Shown: in pieces, positions 34,400-46,365 of the stretch | Numbering within the stretch: the stretch's first letter is position 1 | How the letters are laid out: every line of letters begins with the position of its first letter | NCBI RefSeq assembly: GCF_963921235.1 | Contig: NC_086097.1 | Span: 83,950,001-84,014,000 of the forward strand | Direction of reading: 5' to 3' | From: Mobula hypostoma | Taxonomy: Eukaryota | DNA: 64,000 bases | Position numbers and translations under genes: made by a program | The notes under the pieces: generated by a model | Database searches by the model: none | Told to the model about the DNA's origin: nothing | The model's input: the letters and a program-made list of their open reading frames with translations, nothing else

Positions 34400-36172
34400 A
34401 AATTTTCAGATGCTGAAAATCCGAAGCAATACACACAAAATGCTTAAGGAACTCAGGTCAGGCAGCATCTATGGAATGGAATTAACAGTCGATGCTTCGG
34501 GCTGGAACACCTCTTCAGGACTGGAAAGGACCAGGGAAAATGCCAGAAGGTGGGGGGAGAAGGAGGATAGCTAGAAGGTGATAGGTGAAGCCAGGTAGGT
34601 AGGAAAGATAAACAGCTAGAGAAGAATGAATTTTATAGGAAAGGACAGTGGACTACAGGAGAAAGGGAATGAGTAGAGCACCCAGAGGGAGTCGATAGGC
34701 AGCTGAAAAGAGGTACAAAGTTTGAGTGGGGAATAGGAGGAGAGGGGAGGAGGGAGTCAATTTTTTTTTACTGGAAGGAGAAATCAATATTCATGCCATC
34801 AGGTTGGAGGCTATCCTAGATAGAATATAAGGTGTTACTCCTCCACCCATCGTGGCACAAGAGAAGGCTGTGGACTGGAACAGGAATTAAAATGTTTGGC
34901 CACCAGGAGTTTCCGCTTTTGGCGAATGGAGCAGAGGTGCTCCACAAAGCAGTCCACCAATTTACAATAGGGCTCACCAATGCAGAGGAAGCCGCAATGG
35001 GAAGACCAGATACAATAGACAGCCCCAGCAAATTCACAGCTGAAGTGTTGCCTCACCTGGAAGGACTGTTGAGAGCCCTGAATAGAAGTAAGGATGTAAA
35101 AGGGCAGGTGTAGCAACTCGGCTGCTTTGGAGATTAGTGGGGAGGGATGAATGGACAAGGGGACCATGGAGGGAGCAATCCCTGTGGAAAGCAGGAGGTG
35201 GGGGGGGAAGTAAAGATGTATTTGGTGGCAAGATCCCTTTGGAGATAGCAGAAATTGGATGCAGAAGTTCATGGGGTGGTATGTAAGGATAAGAAGAATT
35301 CTATCACAGTTAAGGCAGCAGGAATACAGAGTGAGCATGGATGTTTGGTAAATAAATGGAGGAGACACGGGTGAGGGCAGTTTCAATGGTGGAGGAAGAG
35401 AAACCCTGTTCTTCGAAGGAGGAGGACACCTCAGATGTTCTGGAAATGAAAGCCACATCCTGAGAACAGATGCGGTGGAGATGAAGCAACTGAGAAAAGG
35501 ATATAGCACTTTTTTTTACAGGAGATAGGGTGGAAAGAGATATAGTCAAGATAACCATAGGGATATAAAAGATGTTGGTAAACAATTCGTCTCCAGAGAT
35601 GAAGATAGAAAGATTGAGAAAGGGAAGGAAGATGTCAGAGATTGGCTATGAATTTAAGGGTGAGCATTGGAGGGTGGGGTAAAGTTGGAGGCAAAGCTGA
35701 TGAAATTGATGAGCTCAGCATGGGAGCATATAGCAGCACCAGTGTAGTGGTGTAGCGGAGGAAGAATTGGGGAGCATTACCGGGGATGGCTTGGAACATG
35801 GACTGTTCTACGTAGCCTACGAAAAGACATAGATGGGGCCCATGGCTATCCCTCGAGTCTGGAGAAAAAGTGAGGAGCCTAAGGAAAAATTGTTGAGGGT
35901 GTGGGCCAGTTCTACCAAACGGAGGAAGCTGGTAGTGGAGAAAGAAGCAGAGAACCTTAAAGCCTTATTGATGGGGATAGAAGAGTATAGGGACTGGACA
36001 TCCGTGGTGAGAATGAGACGGTCAGGGCCAGGGAATTGAAAGTTAATGAGGAGATGAGAAGTGTCGCGGATGTAGAAGGGAAAAGACTGAACCAAGGGAG
36101 ATAGAATGAAGTCAAGGTATGAGGACACAAGCTCAATGGGGCAGGAACAGGCAGAGGCAATGGGTCTACCTA
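34400..36172 (-). mobile_element. Degenerate Penelope-like element (RT + GIY-YIG + pseudo-LTR)
   Basis: GRPIASACSCPIELVSSYLD..., TDVQSLYSSIP, QTRGIAMG (PLE RT); AVYCIWSSHCGFLCIGE (GIY-YIG); decayed hammerhead region near 34486-34522. Confidence 0.88.
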
Positions 36173-36224
36173 CACTTGCACTGTGACTTATAACACCTTT
36201 CTGCTTCTGTTCCGCTGCATCCCC

Positions 36225-36330
36225 ACCCCTCACCAATTAAGGATGATGCAAGTCGTCACTTGAGCAATCCTGCCCTGCCCCGCCCCGGAAATGACTCAAC
36301 GGAGGATTAGTTTGCGATCTCCATTTTGTC
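36225..36330 (+). promoter_or_regulatory. CpG-rich promoter of SRSF5 copy 2
   Basis: CCAAT 36233-36237, GC box and CCGGAA (ETS) 36277-36290, AP-1-like TGACTCA 36292-36298, CTCCATTTTGT 36319-36329; CpG-rich to about 37110. Confidence 0.72.
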
Positions 36331-36378
36331 GTCGACTTTTATTTAAGCTGCATCATTTCCCGCAGCGGCTCTGAGCAG
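36315..36378 (+). other. srsf5: Probable non-coding exon 1 of SRSF5 copy 2 (TSS approximate)
   Basis: Donor CAG|GTAACA at 36378/36379; shares CTCCATTTTGT...TTTTATTT with copy 1 exon 1. Confidence 0.6.
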
Positions 36379-38163
36379 GTAACAGTGGGCCTAATAGGTG
36401 TTTAGATCTGAAATTAATTTAATCGGTTTCTTTCTACTTTGATTGAGACGGGGGTGGGGTGAAGGAAGGTAAGGTAAGGTAAGGTATTACCTCCCGTAGC
36501 CTCAGTCGTGTGGCTCATTAGAGGCTTAGGCCGAGGCTACTGCGCGGGTGGAGTTCAGCCCTTGTGTACGATGCGAATGTGGGGCTGTGTTCAGTTGTGG
36601 TTACCACTTGCTCCAGTGAGGTGAAGGTTGAGAAGCCTTCACTCCCCTCCGCTGCTGCCCGTGTCCGGGAGCGGGACTTCCTCTTTCCAATGCGCTCGGT
36701 GATTAAGGCCCAGGTTTGTTGAAGCGGCGCGGCCTTCCGCCGCCATTTTGAGCGCGGCGGCGGCTCCGAGGTGGAGCCTGCAATAAGAGCCCAGTGAAAA
36801 CCACCTTCCCCACCCTGCCTACACCTGACTCCCTCAACTCTACTAGTGAGAGTCCGGGCCGTTGTTGTTCTCTTTATCTCTTCCCCATCCACCCCCTCAC
36901 CCGAGTCCCACGTCGACTTTAAAATAAGGCGCAGATTGAGCTGAGCGGATATTCTGTAACAGAAGGCAGCAGCTTGGCTGATTTGTTGTAGTTTTTATTT
37001 CCGTTCTCTGTGTTAATATGATCCGTGCGGGTAACTGCGCTTTCCGCCCGTTGTGACCGCGCCCGCTCGTGCCAGAGCAGCTCCGTACTTTTGCCCTTCG
37101 CTCCTTCTTCGTGCTCTTGTCCATTTTCTTAAAGACTCGAATAGAATCTGCTCCACCACATAAAATGCAGACTACAGATGCTGCGTCTAAAAATAGACCT
37201 AGTCACTTTTATTTTTCCCGTTCATAAGTTGCAGATGTGAAGCGATTTTCCTCTTAAGCAGCTTTTCCCCTTCTTGTTTTCTAGCTATTTTTAAAAAATA
37301 GTGTTGGCATGCGAGGTACTGGCTGTTATCTGATGCAGCAGTAGATGTTATCTACTCCAGTTCTCGTGTTTTGCGGAACTAGTGACTGATTTGGGCAACG
37401 GGCTAGTCTGTTTTCAGTGGTGGGATGATTGTCAGGTGACATAAGTAAATCACGTCACCTCTGATTAACAGAACCATTGGTAGCTCTCATGTTGAGGGCA
37501 ATCAAAACGAAAACTAAATAATGGAAGTCAAACTGTTGGGATGTCAATCTCGTGTCAACTCCTGCCCCTTTTGTAGCATGTGACTAAGCTGGACATGTAT
37601 CAAACAATAAAAGCGAAGTACTTGAATGCATAGCCACTGGAGTAAAGTTTGCAGTGACTGTTAGGCAATTTTGAGTCCTAGGACCTTCGATGAGCTTCAG
37701 AAACAAAATCTTTGCACAAGTAACTTGCTCAACTTCCTCAGATTTTCCACGATTTCTCAGTAATGTCAGAAATCAAGTGGACATATCTTCCTGGTTGAGT
37801 ATGTGTGCAAAAGCACCGAAGAAGCACATCATCCAGACTACACTTAAATATCCCATTTTGCATTAGTAATTCGTTTCACTAGTAGTAAATTGCATTGCTA
37901 GTACCATGTTTTAAAACTGTATTTTCCTAATCCAGGCTTTGTACTCCCTTGATGAAAAGCAGAGTCATGTGTTAATGTATTTGAAATCAGATATTGCTCT
38001 TTCATTGATATTACCTATTGTGGCAATTTCTGTGTAAGGAAGGTGAAGTTTCAGTAATTGCCATTTTTAAATGGCTTGAAAAATAAAACTGCTGTATAAA
38101 TATTTTAATTCGTAACAAATTTGTGTTTCTCCCATGTTTTTTCCTAGGTGTTCATTATTCAGG

Positions 38164-41100
38164 ATGAGTTGCCGTGTGTTCATCGGGAGACTGAGCCCTC
38201 ATGCTACTGAGAGAAATGTGGAGAAGTTTTTCAAAGGATATGGGCGAATTAAGGAAATTGATTTGAAGAATGGTTTTGGATTTGTGGTATGTTTCTCATT
38301 CTTGCAAGTAACATTTATCTTGCTGTCTAACCCAGAGTAGTCTTTTTAATAACAGTATATGAAATGGAAATCACATTTTCAGCTCAAAAAAACCCCATCT
38401 GACTCAACACATTCATGCTTTCTTTAACTCCCATGTAATTCTCACTCATCTATGTATAATCTCATCCATTTTCTACTCTGACAACCTTCTAGAGCAGAGG
38501 TTCCCAACCTGGGGTCCACGGACCCCTCAGTTAATGGAAAGGGTTCATGGCATTAAAAAAAAATGGTTTGGAACCCATGTTCTAGGGCATGGTGGGGTAC
38601 AATAACATTTTGACTTTGGAGTTAATTTCCTATTGCGCAAATCCACTTGGTATAACTTTGTGAAAACTGAAACCACATTTCTCTTGTGCAGTAGTTTAAT
38701 CTCTGGGGGCTGTATCAGCAGTTTGATACTAGATTAAAAAGCTCAGTGAATACCATATTTTGTTGAATTATAATTGGCTCATCCTCTATGATCTGTGCTC
38801 ATGTCCAATCTTGTCACTCTGGCTACATTGCTTCACTGCACATTCAGATGCTCAACTTCTCACAGTACTCCCAAGCTGCATTCTTATTTATGTTTTGTTT
38901 TATGCCTGCTGTCCAACATCACAGGTCTTTTGTTTAAACCTGTAAATATCTGTTAACGTTGTGGTTTTGGATAGCCAGGCGATCTCATCTTTAAATATTT
39001 TACTCCATAACTTAAACAACCTGGAAAGCTGGTATATGATCCTATTGAAACAAGGTATTGCTAGAAATACTCAGCAGGTTAGCTAGAGAGATAGTTAAAG
39101 CAATAATGAACTGCTTTGCATAAGATCTTTAATGAAAAAAGATTTTATCTCTTTTAGGAGTTTGAAGATTACAGAGATGCAGAAGATGCTGTTTATGAGC
39201 TGGATGGAAAAGAACTGTGCAATGAAAGGTATAAAAATATTTGTCATTGTCTGTGTGTATTTTCAATTATATTTATAAATACTAATAGTTTAATATCTTC
39301 AGAGTTACAGTTGAACATGCCAGAGCGCGCCCTAGAGGAGGACGTGGAGGTGGACGATTTCAAGGTCGCTTTAGTCCACGGTGGTCCCGTAGTAGTGGAG
39401 GGGGAAGGTGAGTCCAATGTGTTGTGCTCTGCGTAGTTTAAATAAGAGCAAGAAGGGATTGGGGGTGGGGGGGGAGGCTCCTTATAGGAACTTCAATAAA
39501 TCAATGTTCTTGCATTCAGGTTGGAGGCTACCCAGACAGAATACAGATTGGTTGTACATGAGTTTTCTAATGACTTCTGGAGCTGGCTGTGCTGGCAGAT
39601 TGTTTCCCATAGTTAGAAATTTTAAATCTTAAGCTTGATCGTGAAACCTTTCCACTGTTTGTGGTTTAGTATGAGAAGTTATAAACAGTTAAGCGATAAT
39701 TTTTAAACCACTGATGGTCCTCCTGAAGCTGACGCGGAACCCTATGCGAGAGCCTGCATTGCTGCGACGCGCACCTCTCCCAAAATGTAACTGCGCGATT
39801 GGTCTACTTGGTAGCATCGCATTTCCTCCTACGCTGCAGTAGCTTCCCATTGGGCGACTGAAGGGCAGGGAAGGAACTCTGGCTGCAATACTTTCCATAA
39901 AGCTTTACAGACCCCTGAAAATATGGAAGACACATTTCGCTTTTATGAAAAAAGACGTTCACTTGTTTACCCTGAGAAAGACTACCATGACCATGAAGCC
40001 TTGCGGGGGCAGGTGTGTGCGCGTGCGCGAATTGCAGAGCAACGCAGACACCCCAACACACAAGTATAAATGCTCACAATGCGCATAAGTCACTTGCGTA
40101 GGTTGCGGCGTCCAGTTAATGCAGAAGTATAAATCAGGCTTAAGCCTGTGCTATTGTACAATGAGTTGATTGTTTTCAGAATTTTGTTTGCTTTAAATTA
40201 ACTCCAAGACACAAGCAGTCAGTTTCAATAAGTGGCGTCCTCTTATCAATTCTCTTTTAGAAATGGGCCTCCAATTCGTACAGAAAACCGAGTGATTGTT
40301 GAAAATCTATCTTCACGAGTCAGCTGGCAGGTATGTTACATAAAACAGTTGTCTTTTGTGTTGTAAACTGCTCACAAATTGTAAAATGAAACTGCTAATT
40401 CCTTTTGAATTAAGTATGAATAGGGCTTTCAAGGTTGGTCAAGACTCTTTACAGTGAAGGGTACGCCTTAGATTGGAGGCCCACTCATTTAACAAATCAC
40501 TCATTCACTCTAATTAATCCACAGGTAAAGATAACAAGCAAGCAATTGTTATATAGTCATAGATAATTCGGGGCGGAACTTCAATTTACTACTGCTAAAA
40601 TGCTACTGCTCTATTGGCTTTGGAGATGGAAAAAATTGATGTTGCTATACCCTTCCTGCATCTAATTACTTAGCTAGTTGAAGTTGGCCACAGAGTTGTA
40701 AACAAGGCTGTGGGTAGTGATACAGGTTGAGCACCCCTTATTTGAAATGCTTGGGGCTGAAAGTGTTTCAGATTTCAGATATTGGAAATAACTTCAGATA
40801 TTAGATATGTATTCTATATAATAAGACACCTTGGGGATGGGGCTCCAAGTCTAAATACGAAATCCATTGCTTTAATAGCTATATCTTGACGTAGTTTCAT
40901 ATAATATTTTTAATAGGTGCAGGTAGCTTGGCCGCTCAGGTGGGTAGTCAGTGGCTGTTTGGCATCAGCATCATTCCCGACTCTATGTGCTACCAGTAAG
41001 TTGTCTTTGTCTTGCGCTTGTTCATCACATACGTGTACTGATGGCAGACATTGTTAGATCTTCAGAAGCGATCTTGGCAAACACGTCAATGAATTTCTCT

Positions 41101-44100
41101 GCTGCCTTGTGATCAACAGATGCTTTATCATCACAAATTTAAAAAATTTTTAATGTGAAGCCTTCTCTTTCTGCCAATTTTGCAACCTGCCTGTTGAATG
41201 TTCACAATTATCTTCAATTTTTAGTTGGTAGTGATAGTTGCTTGTTTCATGGTCAGCATACTGTATGTTCACTCTGACGCTGACAAATCCACTAACAAAT
41301 ACACGATTGAGATAATCTTTATTTAACTTCTGTTCATTACATATATGAGGTCGTTTCTCAAAACTATCTGGTACCGAGGTCTGACCATTGCCTGGGAATC
41401 TTCCCAGCATCTTGTCGAATTTTCCATTTGTGATGTCAAGTCAGTACACAAAATTTAGGATTTCAGAGGTTTTCTGGCTTTGGAATTTCAGATAAGGGGT
41501 GCTCAATCTATATTTGTTTCATTGGTCTATATATTATTTCAAACTCAATGCTTAGTGATTGCAGATCTGCATTCCTTTACTGTAAATTGACTTGGTCAAA
41601 TACAGCATATCTCTCTGTCATAGCTGTTGCAATTCCTTGTATTAACTTTTGAAAGCTCTTCTGTTGCAATTCCATATTCCATTGTGCAAATTTTAATCTT
41701 CTGTTTAGTTTTGCTGACTTTTTTTGGAAGGCCTGAACCTGAATTATTCTCAGAGCTCCAGCACCATTAAATTTGAGTATTTGCTGAGTGTCTGAGGTGA
41801 TGTCAATCCTGTTAGCCCCATTGTGAGAAGAGGTGGAACAGGAGTATTTGTAGTGAGGTGTGGGTTAATGCCCATGACTTCTCACAAGACTTCCTTTCAG
41901 GTGACTGGGGAGGGGAAATAGATTCTTGCCCACAAAGAAGGCAAGTACTGGGCATGTTGTTATCTGCATTAGTGGGGAAGCTAATTAAATGCTTGCCTTT
42001 TGTGCAAGTAAATAGGGGTATCGAGGAGTTTATGAACTGTTTACTTTGCAGTACTATTTAGATAGATTTCTGGAAGTTCAGTCAATTTAACCTGTTTGTT
42101 AACCTTGAAAGCCTTAAGTATGACATTTGTTTGGTTTTTATGCTTAATGTTTACAAAGTTTAACCAAATATTAAAACCTTTATTTACCAGCCTCTCGTTA
42201 TGTCGTGGGCCTTGTGACGAGGAGTGCCGTTGGTTTTCCTAATCGCTTTGGCTTGGTCTCTTGGGCCTAGTTGAAATGCCAGTCCGCTCCTTCGTTTGTC
42301 ATTTGGTGATCTAGATCTGTGTATGGTGAGCACTTGGTTAATGCCAGTGCTCCGTGCTGCACCCCGAAAATGGTGTCTTCCTAAAGTCAAGCGTTCTGGG
42401 CACCCTCTCTAAGATGAGGTCCTTGGTTGAAAGAAGTGGGAGAAATTCGCTAGTAGGGTTGGTTGGAAGCTCGATTGGAGTGAGGTGAGGAGTCCTTGGT
42501 ACGGCGCAAGAGTAGCAATGTTTGTTCCCATGGCTATGTCAGCGTCTGCCTTTAAAGGTGGGGTGATGTCCGGGAAGGCTCGCATCGAATGATAGCATCG
42601 GTCAAGTGGGTGGTGAAGAGCACCATCTTGTCTGCGGTCGTGGTGGTACCTCTCCAAGTGATTGTTGCATTTGGCTGGGTGAATAGCCTAGGGAATGGTA
42701 CAGGAAGGTAATACAAATTTTGTATTTAGAATTGTTTTTAAACAATTTTTCCAATAATCTTGTATATTGGAAAATAACAGAACAAGTATTTCAATATGCT
42801 GCTTTTTACATAATTGATCTGATCTTGTTTAGGATCTGAAGGACTTTATGAGACAGGCCGGTGAAGTGACTTTTGCAGATGCACACAGACATAAACTCAA
42901 TGAAGGGTAAGTTACAAGATGAATTGGTATCGTAACAGCATGAAACTGTTGATCAGAAGGAAAAGTTTTTGTTGATAAAATCAGTGAATGCGATCATACA
43001 CATTAAACATTGAATTGGAATTTTCATAGTCTGATTTAAGAGCTAAAATAATGCAAACAATGTTTTCCGCTGACCGTCGACAAGCTGGCTAAACCAGTCT
43101 CAAACCCTCAGTGAGATGGGGCGTTGTCTATCCCAGCATGTGAAGACAGACTCTGGCGGATTGAGCGGAGGAGACCAATGGAAGGTCCAACGGTCAAGGC
43201 GGTCTCTGCAAGTTTCGTGGAACGTGTAGAGCACAACAAGACACAGAAGATGTCCTGGTCATCCACTGCGCCTAGTCCCATCTCCAGCCATCTCAACTCT
43301 TGTCTTGCCACTGAATCCAGATGGGAATTGGGAAGAGAGAGTGCGCAACTCTCACTCACTTAAATACAAATCTCGACACCATCAAGCCAGCTGGTGGCGC
43401 AGTGACATCAGCTCCAGACTCTGGGAGCAAAGGTGGAGCCGCTCCCGGGCACGCTTTCCATCCGTGCTGGGTTGAGTGTCGAGCTAGCAACTCGACCTCG
43501 TAAAAAAAAGTACTAATGGTGTTGAGGTCTTCATCGATGATGACAGATGAACCTTATACACCTAGAATTTGAACTGTAGTTATATGTATATAAATTACTT
43601 CAGAATTACTATCTTATAGTTTTTGTATGGTTTTGAACATTTTTTCTGCTTCCTGCAGATGTCAGTGATCGCTTGACTGGTTTTAAAGTTCTGTTTTCAA
43701 AACTAGATTAATTTGATCAGAATTTTGTTACTGGTTGGGTCCTTTCCTATTTATAATATGAAATATTGAAATTTAAGTCTTACGATGACACTTCGGATCT
43801 AGCTTCTCTTGGAAGCTATGTATTCACTTTTTTTTTGGCCTGGTGTCTATGCATGTTGCCATTTAGCTCTCCTCCCACCTCAATTACTCACTTCCTCCCA
43901 GCTTAGCTATTTTTTGAAGCAATTTTGTGCACATACTAAAATTTTCACTTGATTTAAGTTACATTCTCTGATACGTTAAGCAGTTTTTTGCTCACTTATT
44001 TCATTTTTCATTCAGAGTTGTAGAATTTGCCTCCTATAGTGACTTGAAGAATGCACTTGATAAGTTGTCTGGGACAGAACTTAACGGAAGGAGGATCCGA

Positions 44101-45736
44101 CTGATTGAAGAACGTAAACAATACAGGTAAATGCTGGTGACTGCTGTCTGGTATTGGAAAGAAAGCCCTGTTTGGTTACACCATATTGCATTCTTTTGGA
44201 GTGTGCTGTGAAATTTTGGTTGGAAACTAGCATTTTGAGATGCTGATTTTGTAATAAGCACTAGTTTTCAAGAGGATATTTGATAACGAGTTGAATATTT
44301 TGGTATTAGAGAATGTCTTGAATTGCAGGTAGGTGGTTTGGTAATACCATTCTTGGCATCGGGGGGATTTAAAATTTCAGGTTGGTGATTGTGCGTCAGA
44401 ATAAGACAGATTTGGGAAGCATGTACATTTTAACATGTGGCAGAGGGGAAGTTGGGGAACAAAGATGTCGGTAGGATGGAAACTTGTGATAGGCTTTGAA
44501 CTTGGCAGCTGAGAAAAGGTGGTGAAGGCTTGTTGATAGGTACTTCTGTAAGAGAGGAATAGAGGATAAATAACAGGATAGAGATTATCATACATCTGTA
44601 ACATAGATACTGCAGATGATGGAATTCTGAAATAGGGAAAACTTGTCAGTGGCATTTGTTGAGATGGGGAAAGAGATAATGTTACAGATGGACCTGTTAT
44701 CAAAATTGTCCAGTTCTGCAACATACTGGAAAGGCTGTTAGGAAAATTAATTTGCTAAGGAAATTTGATTAAAGTTGATCACAAGTAAATTAGACACGGA
44801 CTTCAAAGTAAAGAGCTTTATTTATGGTATTGTGGGGAATGGAACCTCGAACAGTGGGTTTAGAGAGCACTGCTTTTATGCGTGTACAAATTGCTAATGC
44901 TAACGTTCATTTAGCCTTGTGAATTAGAAAAGATAAGCTAGGTTCACATGCGGTTCTCTTGTGATAAACTATACCTAAAGCAACAGCCAAAAATTAAAAA
45001 TTCGGTCCTGTGTACAATTTTTTATTAACAAACAGTTTATCTCATATCCTTGAATCTAATTCTTACAAGACAAGCAACTGCAAGTGTTCTAAGAATCTTC
45101 TCTGCTGCAAGCCAAAGCCATATCTATAACAGACTGAGCTACAAACTGGTTTCCATTCTCAAAAAGGCAGTGTTAACCCTTTGTCTATCAAAATCTTTAA
45201 CTCTCAATATCTTTCTCCACTGAATTGAATGTTGAATCCTGAAGGCAGTTATGTGCCAAGTCATATGATCGGATGTTTCTCTGTGCTTCATTTGAATGGT
45301 GTTATGTCAAATTCAGAGGTAGGATAAAGAATTAATGTAACTGGAAATTCAAGATTTCCCTTGATTTGTGAGTTGATGTGTTTAAGAATTGAATTCCTTC
45401 TGTCTTGGTGCATACAATTCTAATTTTCTTTTTTTTTTAAGGTCTCGGAGCAGGTCCAGATCCCGCAGCCGCAGTTCATCACGATCTCGTAGCCGAACAC
45501 GTAGCCGATCTCGGTCCAGAGGCCGCAAGTCCTATAGTAGATCAAAGAGCAGGAGTCGCAGTAAAACGCGTTCTCGTAGCCGATCACCTGTGCCTGCTAA
45601 GGAGCAGAAAGGCCGATCTCCTTCACCAGCTAAATCCCCAGAGTCAGCAGAGCGCCCAAGATCTCATTCTCGATCCCGATCTTGTTCACGGTCAAAATCC
45701 CGATCCAGATCACCTTCTGCTGAGAGTGCTGAATGA
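38164..45736 (+). CDS. srsf5: Serine/arginine-rich splicing factor 5 (SRp40), copy 2, 282 aa
   Basis: join(38164..38286,39158..39228,39303..39407,40261..40330,42833..42906,44016..44126,45442..45736) = 849 nt, all GT-AG, same exon phases as copy 1. Two RRMs, SWQDLKD, RS domain, TGA stop. Confidence 0.96.
38495..38579. mobile_element. hAT (Charlie-like) MITE in intron
   Basis: TIRs CAGAGGTTCCCAACC / GGTTTGGAACCCATG; 8-bp TSD TTCTAGAG / TTCTAGGG. Confidence 0.75.
39465..39545 (-). mobile_element. Small Penelope GIY-YIG-end fragment in intron
   Basis: Alignable to 17700-17780 (CAGGTTGGAGGCTACCCAGAC). Confidence 0.6.
39720..40140. mobile_element. One-ended non-autonomous DNA transposon, PIF/Harbinger-like
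   Basis: CpG-rich intronic block ending GCAGAAGTATAAATCAGGCT followed by TAA; other terminus not found. Confidence 0.45.
40723..41510 (-). mobile_element. Internally deleted Tigger/pogo (Tc1-mariner) transposon in the poison-exon intron of copy 2
   Basis: TIRs CAGGTTGAGCACCCCTTATTTGAAA / TTTCAGATAAGGGGTGCTCAATCTA flanked by TA; transposase remnants ([32 protein letters not shown]) on the minus strand. Confidence 0.82.
42191..42707 (+). other. srsf5: Poison (PTC-containing) cassette exon of SRSF5 copy 2
   Basis: Same acceptor and donor contexts as copy 1; in-frame TGA at 42215-42217. Confidence 0.85.
43065..43545. mobile_element. GC-rich retroposon-derived block including a tRNA-headed SINE-like piece (43391-43510, +)
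   Basis: A-box-like GGTGGCGCAGTGA and GAGCTAGCAACTCGACCTCGTAAAAAAAA, resembling RTE-related SINE bodies; family uncertain. Confidence 0.45.
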
Positions 45737-46359
45737 ATATCGTTTGTTACTTCATAAATTGGACTCTTACCCCAAGTGAAAATTGGTGTACTATAACTAT
45801 AAACCAAGTAGGAATCGGTGAATTTCTGTCAAAGGATTGCAAATTTCATTTTAAAAAGGCACAATATGTTTAACATACAGTACTTTTGACTTGCAATTCA
45901 GTTTTATTTAGAGAAAGTAATTTACATGCTATCATTAGCTAATTTTTTTTTGCCTTTCTATAATAGTGAATACAATTCCATCATTTTTTTTCTTACACAT
46001 TGCTTCAAATAGCCCACAGAATTGTACATTTACATTGATTGTGTGAACATGTTTCTGTAGTTTTTTGCCTTGGTTCATATGTCTGAGATAATTTTCCAAT
46101 TGCTGGATGTTTTAGAAATTCTGTTGGCAGCAAATCTTCAATGTATCACTTAGTGTTTGAAGTATACAGGGAAAGAATGTGTTGTGTACACCCATTTTGT
46201 ACATTAAATATCTACCTTGGTTTGCTGTAATTTTTGCATTTGTGCAATGGGCAAATTTACATGCTATGAATAACCTGGCCCTAATGCCTTTAGCATTGAT
46301 ATATTTACAGTAGAATTGTAAATTGTACTATTTTATGTCCATGAAAAACATGGAATAAG

Positions 46360-46365
46360 AATAAA
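46360..46365 (+). terminator. Candidate polyadenylation signal, SRSF5 copy 2
   Basis: AATAAA; alternatives ATTAAA 46203-46208 and AATAAA 46935-46940. Confidence 0.4.
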
